Below, in pieces: positions 24,590 to 34,774 of a DNA stretch of 64,000 nucleotides. Below the pieces are notes generated by a model. That model saw nothing but the letters and a program-made list of their open reading frames with translations. It searched no databases and was not told the DNA's origin. Each line of letters starts with the position of its first letter. Position 1 is the first letter of the stretch. The translations under genes were made by a program, and so were the position numbers. Source of the DNA: Zancudomyces culisetae HAW-14-8 (Eukaryota > Fungi > Kickxellomycota); contig JBNJNM010000011.1 of assembly GCA_052426225.1 (NCBI GenBank), positions 1,178,001 to 1,242,000 of the forward strand, in the 5' to 3' direction.

Positions 24590-27500
24590 ATGATCCAAGA
24601 TCTTGCTGAGCTAGTAGATTCGCCATTAGACACCGACGACCGCTTTCTCTTGTATACCCAAAATCGATTAAAATTATACAAAAAGGAACAAAATCCAGAT
24701 AAAAGTATAAGGGTAGAAAAACTGGACAGTCTTAAACTCGAGGAGCCAATATGTTGTTTAGACTGGAGCCGGAGAATTTGTTTTGGCTACGGAATCCTAG
24801 CAACGGGAACTAAAACTGGGTCTGTAGATTTGAGATTGATCGAGCAATTGCATGATGAAAACCGCATGAAGCAACAAAGACAATATGGACGCAATAAAAA
24901 GATAGGTAAAGGGGATGAATCTGGGCGCGACAGCAACATATCCAAAGTACACAAAAGCAAGGAGTCTAACAGACGAAAGTTATGTGTAAAACAAGAGGAA
25001 CATGCTTCTCTTGAACAAAAGGATATATTTTTTAAACACAGCTTAAATATAATACAACAAAGCGGACGAAAAACCAATGCAGTTAAATTCAATGATTTAG
25101 ATGGGATCAAATTGGCGGCTGGATTTAATAAACTGACAGGGCAGTCAAGTATAGTAGTGGTCGATATTATGCAGAAGATAGAAGAAAAGCAAATCTTAGT
25201 AGGATATGATGATTTTTTGAGTGCTAGAACAGAGCGAGTATTAAAACAGCAGTATAGAAGGCGTGCAAGGAATAACTGGGGGAGTACAAGGCATAATCTG
25301 TCAGAGGGGACAACGGTTGTAAAAGAATGGGAGGTGCAACAAGATTTGGGAATTGAATACACATTTACAGGGAATGGTAATGTAGGAGGGTCGGAGGAGA
25401 TACAGATTTTGTACGAACCACACTCGATAAAGTCTTTATGCTGGGTACCGCAAAGTAAGCATGCGTTGGTTGCTGGGTGTAAGGATGGTGCAGGTGTAAT
25501 TAGGATGTACAGCACGAATACACCAGGAAATTGTGAATCGCTAGTGTTCAATGAAGATGGCGGAAAAAAGGGGGCCATATATGGAATTGAGTTTGATCCA
25601 TTTAACGAAAATAGGTTTTTGGCACATGACAAAAACAAAATGGTAAGGATCTACGACATACGATGGCCATCATCATCAATTAAGCTGAACTTGGACGAAA
25701 TAATAAAATATGGGATTAAGCAGGTGCACTATTCCAAAAGTAAAAAGGATGTAGTGGAGATACTTGGATTAAGGGAATACAAGATAGATATATGGAAAAT
25801 TGATCAAGAAATCAAAGACAAGGCTGCTGTTGATCGCAATAACATTGTCCTTGATAATGAATATAGTAATTCATACGACAAAGAGTATGATGAAAAGCGT
25901 AATGTGACAACCAAAGGTAAAGAAATTGAGAATGGGATAGCGGTGGATACGCAAATTTCATATCCCGCGGATATCTTAATGCGTACACACTTGCACGTCA
26001 AAATCCCTAGCCAGTCACAATCACAGAAACAGAAACAGAAACAGAAACAAAATAGCGAAAAGAAAAAAGGTAAACATGAATTTGCAAAGGAGAACGAGAA
26101 TGAAAATAAAAGTGAAAATGAGGAGGATGGTAGAAATGAAGAGGGCATCCCATTTATTAATAGCTTTTTTAGTGGAATATCATGTGGAAAACATACCCAG
26201 AACAAGATAGAGTCTAAATACGGAAATGAAACCCCCAGACAAAAGAACACTAAACAACATGCGCATAGTTCAACATTAATAAACACGGAAAACGGCAAAT
26301 GTGAAGAAAAGGTGTTGGTTTGTCTAAATAACGGCGAGTTATATGTGCTAGAAGAGCCAGGGAGTTATATATTTGACATTTCGCCGTCAGGAAAGATAGC
26401 AATTGCAGCTAAAGGGGATTTTAATGATCTGCAAGTTAAAAACAGAACATCTAGAGACATGGGTACCAGCATTCTTGATAATATTACCAGTGCTAACGTC
26501 GATTCAGGTGCTAATGATGGTGGAGGTAGTAGTGGCGCTAATAGTAGGCAGTTTGTAGAAGTGTTAAACCCAGTTTTAGGAATGGGAAGTGTGGGAAATA
26601 GTGGAGATATAAGCGAGATAATGCGTAAGCGGGCACTGATAGGATATGGAGTGGATCTGGAGCACAATGCCACAATTTTTAAGTCAGGATCAACTCTGTT
26701 CGAGGTGTGGAGGTACCTGAGAAATGCAAATGCTTTGAAGAGAGAAAAGATTCTACTGGATCCTCAGACCGGAAAAGATGAGTCATTTTGTGGAATATAT
26801 AACATGCTAATGTGTCATGGCAAATATCATGATCTGACAGATGATGGTTTACAGATTATCCATCAGGATATACTGGAAAGAAGTGCAGCTGTTTGTCCAT
26901 TCTTGCAGAACCAAAAGATTCAAGGAGTAAAAACGGGCAGCTATCAAGTTCCAGTTGTTTATGAAGGATCCAAAAAAAACATCGAGCGGATGCTAGCCCT
27001 TATCATGCTCGGATATCTCAAAGAAAGAGATGCTGTCTGCCACATAACACAAGATATAGTCGCTCGGAAGGAGTATGAGGTGGCAGCAGAAATGTGTGTG
27101 ATGTATGGGGAATATGAACTGGCTATCGAGTCGTTGGCAAAGTCAAACGGTACAAAATATCAAATGTTGATGTGTCTATTATCATCTCAGTTTGATGCTG
27201 AAGATAACCGACTCATTCCATTTAAAAGGTGCACACCGCTGAATACACTTACGGTGGAGAAGTTGGCGGACGCTTTTGATTCCAATGACGTGATACTATC
27301 GATGCTAAGCTATTTGAAATCAGGGAACTGGGGTACAGTACTGAAAAAAAGCAGATTATCGCTTACAAAGAAGCTTGTTATGGCTCTACGACTTTTAGAT
27401 GATACCTCACTGGCCAGTCTGCTTGCAGAGTTGTACGTCGAGTGTTGTAATAAGGGAAAGATCGAGGGGCTTATTCTCACTGGAATACTTAACCATGGGT

Positions 27501-28741
27501 ACTTGATACTACAAAAATATGTCGATTTAACAGGTGATGTCCAGACTGCCGCCTTAATTGGGATGCTTGAGCCGATCCAATACAACCGTACTACGAATTC
27601 CCCACAACTTGACGAAAACAGTCACATTGTCATTTTTGAAAAGTATTACAGTCAATACAAGCACCTGCTAAACAAGTGGAGGTTATACAACCAGCGGTGC
27701 ATTCTAGACGTGAAAATCAATCAACTTCGAACGACTTGGACTAATACCAGTGGAGAGTTCTATTCGAGTCAGTACTATAACCCTATTAGCTTTTTACTAA
27801 ACCATGTAAATCCTGTTCAGATAAAATGCTCGTTTTGCAGAACTGGTATAGTCTATTTCAAAAAGTTCAAGATCCATCCCATTTTGGATTTCAAAAATAA
27901 TCCCAAAGAGGCCGAAATTTTTGAGAACTTTTTTGACCTTTTCCCGGTTATCGACTATCAGAGTACAAAATCGGCAACACCAGCCGGAAGACTTGCCTCA
28001 GTATCAGGTAAGTATGACCAGGCTCTTACTCATACTAAAAATTCCCTTTCGAGTTACCAAATGGGCACCAAAGAATTCAAACAAATCAACACAGCATCCG
28101 CTTTAGACACCATCACTAACAGCAGTTCAAGTGCCAAAAACACTACCCTTGATTCCAGTAGCAGCAAAGCCACCGAAAACAGTAAATCAAATGGTACCCA
28201 ACCTGTTACACGGAAGCAATCGACTAAAGCTGCTGCAAAAAAATCCCTTTATAGGGACGATTCGTTATCCTCAGCTAGTGGGTTTGACAGGAGGCAAAAT
28301 ATCGCACATGAGTTTATTTCACAACATACTTTGCCCTCCACACCCAATTCTATAGCCAATATAAACAAGGTAGGCAACAAATTTAGCAAGCATTCAATTT
28401 CAACAGCAACAACAACAACAGAAGCTACTCCAGCTTCCAATACCAACGGTATCGGAAACAGTGTTTATTCCAGAGCCATCTACACGCACTGTCCCAAATG
28501 TTCCAACCTGCTACCGTCCTGCTCAGTTTGTAGATTAACTCTGGGAACATCGCAAATCAACAACGCCGCCAGTTCACTCAACCATCTTAGCGATAGTACT
28601 GGTACCAATAAGATTGATTTTTGGTTTTCATGGTGCCAGTCCTGTGGGCATGGTGGCCACTACTCACATTTGTCTCTGTGGTTTGATAAGAATTCTTTTT
28701 GTCCGGTTCCTCAATGTAACTGCCAGTGTTATTCTTTATAA
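24590..28741 (+). CDS. SEA4: GATOR2/SEACAT subunit MIOS/Sea4 (WD40 + C-terminal zinc finger)
   Basis: N-terminal WD-like repeats, DISEIMRKRALIGYG, LQKYVDLTGDVQTA, C-terminal LPSCSVC..WFSWCQSCGHGGH..WF..CPVPQCNCQC. Start set at the first in-frame ATG (uncertain). Confidence 0.9.
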   Translation: MIQDLAELVDSPLDTDDRFLLYTQNRLKLYKKEQNPDKSIRVEKLDSLKLEEPICCLDWSRRICFGYGILATGTKTGSVDLRLIEQLHDENRMKQQRQYGRNKKIGKGDESGRDSNISKVHKSKESNRRKLCVKQEEHASLEQKDIFFKHSLNIIQQSGRKTNAVKFNDLDGIKLAAGFNKLTGQSSIVVVDIMQKIEEKQILVGYDDFLSARTERVLKQQYRRRARNNWGSTRHNLSEGTTVVKEWEVQQDLGIEYTFTGNGNVGGSEEIQILYEPHSIKSLCWVPQSKHALVAGCKDGAGVIRMYSTNTPGNCESLVFNEDGGKKGAIYGIEFDPFNENRFLAHDKNKMVRIYDIRWPSSSIKLNLDEIIKYGIKQVHYSKSKKDVVEILGLREYKIDIWKIDQEIKDKAAVDRNNIVLDNEYSNSYDKEYDEKRNVTTKGKEIENGIAVDTQISYPADILMRTHLHVKIPSQSQSQKQKQKQKQNSEKKKGKHEFAKENENENKSENEEDGRNEEGIPFINSFFSGISCGKHTQNKIESKYGNETPRQKNTKQHAHSSTLINTENGKCEEKVLVCLNNGELYVLEEPGSYIFDISPSGKIAIAAKGDFNDLQVKNRTSRDMGTSILDNITSANVDSGANDGGGSSGANSRQFVEVLNPVLGMGSVGNSGDISEIMRKRALIGYGVDLEHNATIFKSGSTLFEVWRYLRNANALKREKILLDPQTGKDESFCGIYNMLMCHGKYHDLTDDGLQIIHQDILERSAAVCPFLQNQKIQGVKTGSYQVPVVYEGSKKNIERMLALIMLGYLKERDAVCHITQDIVARKEYEVAAEMCVMYGEYELAIESLAKSNGTKYQMLMCLLSSQFDAEDNRLIPFKRCTPLNTLTVEKLADAFDSNDVILSMLSYLKSGNWGTVLKKSRLSLTKKLVMALRLLDDTSLASLLAELYVECCNKGKIEGLILTGILNHGYLILQKYVDLTGDVQTAALIGMLEPIQYNRTTNSPQLDENSHIVIFEKYYSQYKHLLNKWRLYNQRCILDVKINQLRTTWTNTSGEFYSSQYYNPISFLLNHVNPVQIKCSFCRTGIVYFKKFKIHPILDFKNNPKEAEIFENFFDLFPVIDYQSTKSATPAGRLASVSGKYDQALTHTKNSLSSYQMGTKEFKQINTASALDTITNSSSSAKNTTLDSSSSKATENSKSNGTQPVTRKQSTKAAAKKSLYRDDSLSSASGFDRRQNIAHEFISQHTLPSTPNSIANINKVGNKFSKHSISTATTTTEATPASNTNGIGNSVYSRAIYTHCPKCSNLLPSCSVCRLTLGTSQINNAASSLNHLSDSTGTNKIDFWFSWCQSCGHGGHYSHLSLWFDKNSFCPVPQCNCQCYSL

Positions 28742-29057
28742 TGTGTTTAAATGTACTTGTTAGTTTAATATTGTTTATGCATTTTATTTCAGATATTTAG
28801 AGATGATTACTTTTAAATACACACCCTTAAAGCATGGTTTGTTGGTTTGGTATATTTTGAATGTATTTGATTTGGAGTGATTTGATTTGAAGTGATTTGA
28901 TTGGAGTATAGCAGTCAAAAGTCAACATCATTGCATTTTTGTTTGTTGTTATTGTGTTCTTTGGCATTCGTTTCTATTAAACCAATGAAGCATTAACACA
29001 AATACCAACACAAATAATAAACAAAGCGAGAGCGAAAAGGTACGATCGAACTTCGAA

Positions 29058-31679
29058 ATGTCAAACAAGGCCAGATACTGTGTGGCTGTGCACATTGGGG
29101 CAGGTAAATTGCATCGCGTTTGGTGTTTGCATTCACAAATAAATAGATTTAGAAACCAGCTTCAAAGCACATGTCTTGAACGCAACCAGAAAACATTTAT
29201 TTGCAAATTTTGTATTCGATTATGTTCTAATTCATTACAAACGGTGGTGGGTGGGAATGTGTGAATACAACAAAAAGGTACTCATAAAAAGTCTTTAGAA
29301 GCTCAATACAAATTGGCAATTAAAAAGTAAGGCACCATTAATTATGACTATTTATACTCATTTCTAATAAAAGAAGATAAACTGCGCTTAAAACGGCAAC
29401 TATCGATATCTTCTTGTGATACAAAAAATGTACGTAGTACGAGTGGGGGGAAAGAGTTGCCACGTATCTCTATATTTATCTTTCATCAAGTTTTAAAAAC
29501 TGTACTATGTATTGTTAATATAAAACCATTGATTATCATACACATATATCATTTTTTTTCTTACTTTTTAACATTTAGAGCTTGTGAATCAGCGTCATAT
29601 GCATTAGAGCAAGGGAAAAGTTGCGAAGAGGGCGTTGCATTGGCGATCAAAGAGTTGGAAGTAAATTTTTTCACTAGGTGTATAACCACCATGTTTCTAG
29701 TTATGGCTTATTTATATTAAGCAGAGTGTGTATGTAAATAGGATTTTCCGCTAACCAATGCGGGAAGAGGATCAAACCTAACGCGAAACGGAAATGTGGA
29801 ATGTGACGCTAGTATTATGCGTTCAGTTGATGGGGCCTTTGGTGCAGTTGGTGCAGCATCAGGCAAGTGATACACATATATTTATATATCGCATATATAC
29901 TTATTCGCATTTTTTTTCTCTCAGAGATGTTTTTGGTATCTTTGCTGCTTTATTTTTATTTATTTATTATATAGTTTTAAAAAAGTACAAAACTTGTCAT
30001 GTTACAGGTATAATCAATCCAATTATTGTGGCTAAAGAAATAATGACCCAAGAGGCAAATGGTGAATATAGTAACGAGTGTGGCTTGATAACACCATTGT
30101 AAGTTGCATACCACACACTAATAGTATATATATTATGGTACACCCGACCCATTAATACGGCGTTGTTAAGGGATCACTTGTATTTTTGTGTAGGGGTTGG
30201 CGTAGGGTGAAATAACAGCAACAACATTAATAATAATGATAATGATAGGATGCTCACAGGGAACGGGGCATTACTTTATGCAGTGGAGCGCGGACTTCAG
30301 ACAACATTGGACAAATCATATTTTATTACCGAAAAATCGGAACATCAATACAAAGTATACAAAGAAATCCTATCCGAAAAGCGAAAACAAGATCAAAGGT
30401 ACCTAGAACAAGAAAACAAAACGATTGAGACAAAGGGCATTGTTGATATTGATGAGATTTTGCAAGATACAGTCGGTGCAGTTTGTATAGATAGTTTTGG
30501 AAATATATGCTCTGGAGTGAGTTCGGGTGGAATAGCATTAAAGAGGGAAGGTCGCGTAGGAGAAGCAGCGATATATGGGGCGGGGTGTTGGGCTCAGCAA
30601 GAGTTTCACGACCAGTTCGAAACTCCAATTCGAACCCAAAGCAATGTAGGTTTAAACAAAAATAAGGTTCAAGGTGGTGAAGAAAAGGATAAGTGTGTTA
30701 TCCAAAACCCGAGATTGAAAAATTCAAGGTTAAATTTAGAAGAACAGAAAATGAACAATCAAAAAGCGGAAAACGACAGGCATCATTCAAGTAAACTTAC
30801 TATTGGGACCAGTATTACGGGAACTGGCGAGCAAATTATGCGTGTTTGGTTTGCAAAGGTGTTGGCAAACCAAATGTCAGCTCTTGGAAGCACAAACGCT
30901 GAAGCACATATTGAAAAACACGGTAATTATGGTAATCATGATGGTGATGATGCCAGTAGTGATGCTGATAGTGATAGTGATAGTGATAGTGATAGTGATA
31001 GTGGCGATAATGGTGATGGTATTGAAGCGTTTCGTCGGTGTTTTGTACAAGAGTTTATGGGTAAGTCATGTTCAGCACTGATGCGTAAAATCCTAATTAT
31101 GCTTTGTAAACTGTTTTGTTTTGTTTTTGTTTTTGTTCTTGTTTTTGTTTTTTTTTTCTTTGGTAAAATATCACAATGGTATGAGTATCAAATCTATAGA
31201 AAACCCCGCTCTTGAAAAATATTCCCGACGTAGTGTGGGTGCCATTTTATTACGGAATGAAAGTACCACAGGACAAAACCAGCGCGACAGTGATTTGGGT
31301 AATGGAATTTAGTTTTGGAATATGTTTTATTTCAAGTATATAACCATAACCGTTAAAGGCATTTTAAAACTAGTCGTAAGCATAACCATTGATTGATACA
31401 ATAGAGCTGTATGTCGGGTATAGTACAAATAGCATGGTTAGTGCGATATGGCTTATTTATTCATTTATATATATATGTGTATGTCTGTTTTAGTTCTTGT
31501 TTTTATTATTTTAGTATAAAAATCTAAACGTTAAATACATACATGAAACCTAGGGCTTTGGATACAAAAGTAGTGGTATGAAAAAACCCTTTGCAAAAAT
31601 AGCTAGAAACAACACCTGTTACACCAAGGACAGAACCAACCATGTTTGTGTTGAAGTATATTCTGTAAATTTAGAATAA
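29058..31679 (+). CDS. TASP1: Taspase-1 / threonine aspartase (type 2 asparaginase family); about 9 exons
   Basis: Spliced VAVHIGA|[16 protein letters not shown]|KACESA..E|[33 protein letters not shown]|GIINPI; autocleavage D/TVGAV; [25 protein letters not shown]; TGTGEQIM; STNSM|GFGY. Confidence 0.88.
30967..31002 (+). repeat. (GATAGT)6 coding microsatellite giving a (DS)n tract in taspase
   Basis: Directly visible. Confidence 0.85.
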
Positions 31680-31844
31680 CTTGGCATGAAGACTAGTCCA
31701 GCAGAGTAGTATAGATAAAGAACTTTATTTTGTCATTTACAACCTTTCATTTCGTAAAGCTTTTATAAGATAGTAATATTAAATGAGCTCATAGTAAATA
31801 AAAACGAAAAATTGTTAGTTGTAAAATAAAAATATATTTTTTTA

Positions 31845-34628
31845 TTACAACTCATCACGAGGCAAAGAATGTTCTTGGTCACCGGATGGTGGTGAGCGTG
31901 AGCGTGGTGACGGTTCATCAGATATGGACGAATCAGCAGCCTGTGTAGTTTGTGTAGTTTGTGTAGTTTCAGATGGCTTTGTCTCGTCAACTAATTTGGT
32001 AGATACGGTGGGCTGAGAAGGTTTTGTCTTTTGGCGGCGAGATGCGAGTTTTGCTACGAGTTTGACAAACTTGTTGGAGAATTTCTTGGATGTTTCAGTG
32101 ATTTCAGAGGACAAGACAGTGGGATTATCGTGAGGTAATAGGGCCTTCACTTTAGTCTCGACTTGGCTCAAATATTCCTTTGCAGAGTCGAGCAGACTGC
32201 TCAGCTCGTCGATAAGGCCGCTTATGTCTTTGGAGTCTTGCTCGTTATCCTTTGCTCCATTGACCAGTCGGTTGTGGAAGTCAAGAGTTTTATTTACAAT
32301 GCTAGAAAGCTCGTTGATCGCCTCTGGCCGTTTTGAACTTTCAGAAACTCTTAACTTAATAGGCTCAACAGCAGCTTTGACTTGGCCAAGCTTCTCTACG
32401 TATGTATCAACATCAACAGCGTTTGAAGAAGAAGGATCTGCATTTGAATCCAGCCACTCGGATGTAGATTTCAGTAGCTCGGTTAGTGCTTCTATTTCCT
32501 GGGAGGTTGAAAACGAACCAGCATCCTGGTAATCGATGAAATCACGCGACTCGTAAATGTATGACTCAAGATTGTTTCTTGCCTCAGACAGCTTGTTTCT
32601 GGCGTCTTCTTCGGAATCCATCTTTTTAACCAGTTCTGCAAATCTGGAAACTGTATCCGCATGTAGTTTGTTGGAGTGAACTAGTGAAAATTTAATTTGG
32701 AGTGGCTCCTTCTCTAGAATGAATGGAAACTCCTCCTTTGGGATCGGTCGTGTAAATTCTGCCGCGGTTGTTGGCTTGGATTCTGTTGCTGTCTTTTCCG
32801 TTGTTGTATCTGCCGTTCCTGTCGATGAATTTGTTCCAGTTGAAGATGAAGCGGAGGAGAAGGAGGATGATGATGACTGCTCTTTTAGTTTTTTAGCATG
32901 CTCAGCCTGCTCAGCGTTCCAATTTTTCAAGTCCTCGACGTATTTGGGATATGCTGGATTGGTAATGTTAAAAACGGCATTAGCAGAAGTAACTTCGAAT
33001 AGCCCGTATTTGTTCAATCTTACTGCAACCTCGATTTCTGGCTTTTCTGTCCCTTGCTTTTTGCCTTTTCTTTTGGAAATTGCGTCTGTTACCCCGCTAA
33101 TTTCGGCAGTTGCGAATTGACTATATCCCTTTGCATGTGCGGACTCTGCTTCAAATTTTATCGAAAAATCGGTGTTGCGGCTCTGTCTGATAAACCGCTT
33201 TGCACCAATTGTAGAGAATCTTGGCAATATATCTACAGTTGTTTCGTCATTTTTGAAATCTAACATGCCACCTGATTCTTTCTTGTACACAGCCCTGATT
33301 CCATAACCATATGCATCTCGTACGCGGATATCTCTTACTCTGAATTGTAAACTCATTCCCGCTGCCTTGAACACTGAGCCTAACACACATGACTCATCAG
33401 CATTAACATTCTTGGATATCTTTTCCGCTCCAAACAATTCTGCAAGCTGCTCTTTTACAAACGGAACCCTGGTTCCTCCGCCAACAACAACAATTGAGTT
33501 TATGTCTTTCATATTTATGTTGGCCATTTCTACTGCATCCTTGACTGTCTTTCTTATTCGTGGTCCCAGATCAGTAATCAATCCTTCAAACTCCTTTCGT
33601 TGTATCTTCAAATAAAAGTCGTGATCATCCACTATCGATTCGAGGCTAACTGATATCTCTGGGTTTACGCTGAGTATTGTTTTGATCTTGGTTGCCTCTT
33701 TTAACAGTCTTGCCATTGCTCTCCGATCATTTCTGAGCCTTTCTCCCAGTTTTTCTCCCTTTTTGGCTGTGAATTGCTTCACAATATACTCCCTGAGCTT
33801 ACCATCCATCTCAAATCCCCCCAATGTCTTGTCCATTGCATATCCTAGAGTGTTGACTATCGATGCTGGTTTTCTTACCGAACTGCCGCTTTTATCTCTG
33901 AGCATTTCATTTGTAAATGATGCTACCGTCACAACTGTACTAGCCGCACCAACATCTACAAACATATGGATTTGTATCGTTGAATTAAACGCTCGTGTCA
34001 TTGCATAGTTTAGCGCCACGGCAGTCCCGTCGTTAATAAACGATAACACCCGAATTCCTGCTAGTTCTGCTGCATCTGCCATTGCTTGTCTTTCTTCCTG
34101 CCCAAAATGTGAAGGAATCGCAATAACTGCATCTTTCAAATCTACCTTTTCGGTCTCCTTGGCCAGTTTTTTCATGTACTGAAGCTGCATAGCAATGGTT
34201 TCTTGAACGGTAAGCATGTCAATTCCCTCCAAGTTGAAATCAAATCCAAGATCCCCTTGTTGGTTCTTCTTTACTAGATCTGCTCCGTATCTAGATTTGT
34301 AAACCTTTACAACCTCGTCATCCTCTTTGGCTCCTAGCAGATATTTTGCAGCAAATGCTGCCGCAGAGTGTTTACCAGAGACGCTTACAGCTTCTGACCC
34401 AAATATTCTTTCGTTATTTTTGATTGCCATTACAGATGGTGTCTTTCGTTTTGACTCTCTGTTCAGTACAAGGTCAAAGGCCTTGCCGGGGATCGCAACA
34501 GCTAGTTTAAACGTATCTGCTCCATAGTCGATACCAAATACCGCAGCTTCAGCGAGCCACACGTTAACAAGACCAATTGCTAATAGTATTGGGATTGCAA
34601 AACCGTTTAATATACCTTTTATCTTCAT
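31845..34628 (-). CDS. LHS1: ER Hsp70-family nucleotide exchange factor Lhs1/GRP170 (HYOU1)
   Basis: Signal peptide, GIDYG..LNRESKRKTP, VGGGTRVPFV, NVNADESCVLG, ARNNLESYIY, C-terminal RDEL ER-retention signal. Confidence 0.95.
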   Translation of the reverse strand: MKIKGILNGFAIPILLAIGLVNVWLAEAAVFGIDYGADTFKLAVAIPGKAFDLVLNRESKRKTPSVMAIKNNERIFGSEAVSVSGKHSAAAFAAKYLLGAKEDDEVVKVYKSRYGADLVKKNQQGDLGFDFNLEGIDMLTVQETIAMQLQYMKKLAKETEKVDLKDAVIAIPSHFGQEERQAMADAAELAGIRVLSFINDGTAVALNYAMTRAFNSTIQIHMFVDVGAASTVVTVASFTNEMLRDKSGSSVRKPASIVNTLGYAMDKTLGGFEMDGKLREYIVKQFTAKKGEKLGERLRNDRRAMARLLKEATKIKTILSVNPEISVSLESIVDDHDFYLKIQRKEFEGLITDLGPRIRKTVKDAVEMANINMKDINSIVVVGGGTRVPFVKEQLAELFGAEKISKNVNADESCVLGSVFKAAGMSLQFRVRDIRVRDAYGYGIRAVYKKESGGMLDFKNDETTVDILPRFSTIGAKRFIRQSRNTDFSIKFEAESAHAKGYSQFATAEISGVTDAISKRKGKKQGTEKPEIEVAVRLNKYGLFEVTSANAVFNITNPAYPKYVEDLKNWNAEQAEHAKKLKEQSSSSSFSSASSSTGTNSSTGTADTTTEKTATESKPTTAAEFTRPIPKEEFPFILEKEPLQIKFSLVHSNKLHADTVSRFAELVKKMDSEEDARNKLSEARNNLESYIYESRDFIDYQDAGSFSTSQEIEALTELLKSTSEWLDSNADPSSSNAVDVDTYVEKLGQVKAAVEPIKLRVSESSKRPEAINELSSIVNKTLDFHNRLVNGAKDNEQDSKDISGLIDELSSLLDSAKEYLSQVETKVKALLPHDNPTVLSSEITETSKKFSNKFVKLVAKLASRRQKTKPSQPTVSTKLVDETKPSETTQTTQTTQAADSSISDEPSPRSRSPPSGDQEHSLPRDEL

Positions 34629-34712
34629 ATCGTTCAGCCCCGAACTATTTTTTGTTTGCCGTATTAAACCTTTTCGACCGTACTCTACCGATTAAGTGGG
34701 AAAGCCTAGCAA

Positions 34713-34774
34713 AGTGCTAAATAATAATTAAGCTATGAGTGCTAAATAATAATTAAGCTATGAGTGCTAAATAA
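34713..34774. repeat. 25-bp tandem repeat x2.5 (AGTGCTAAATAATAATTAAGCTATG) upstream of LHS1
   Basis: Perfect copies at 34713-34737 and 34738-34762 plus a partial third copy. Confidence 0.9.

Noticed and set aside
21228-34628. Hsp110 and Lhs1 as a tandem duplication or chaperone cluster
   Set aside because: Anciently separate subfamilies on opposite strands, separated by unrelated genes.
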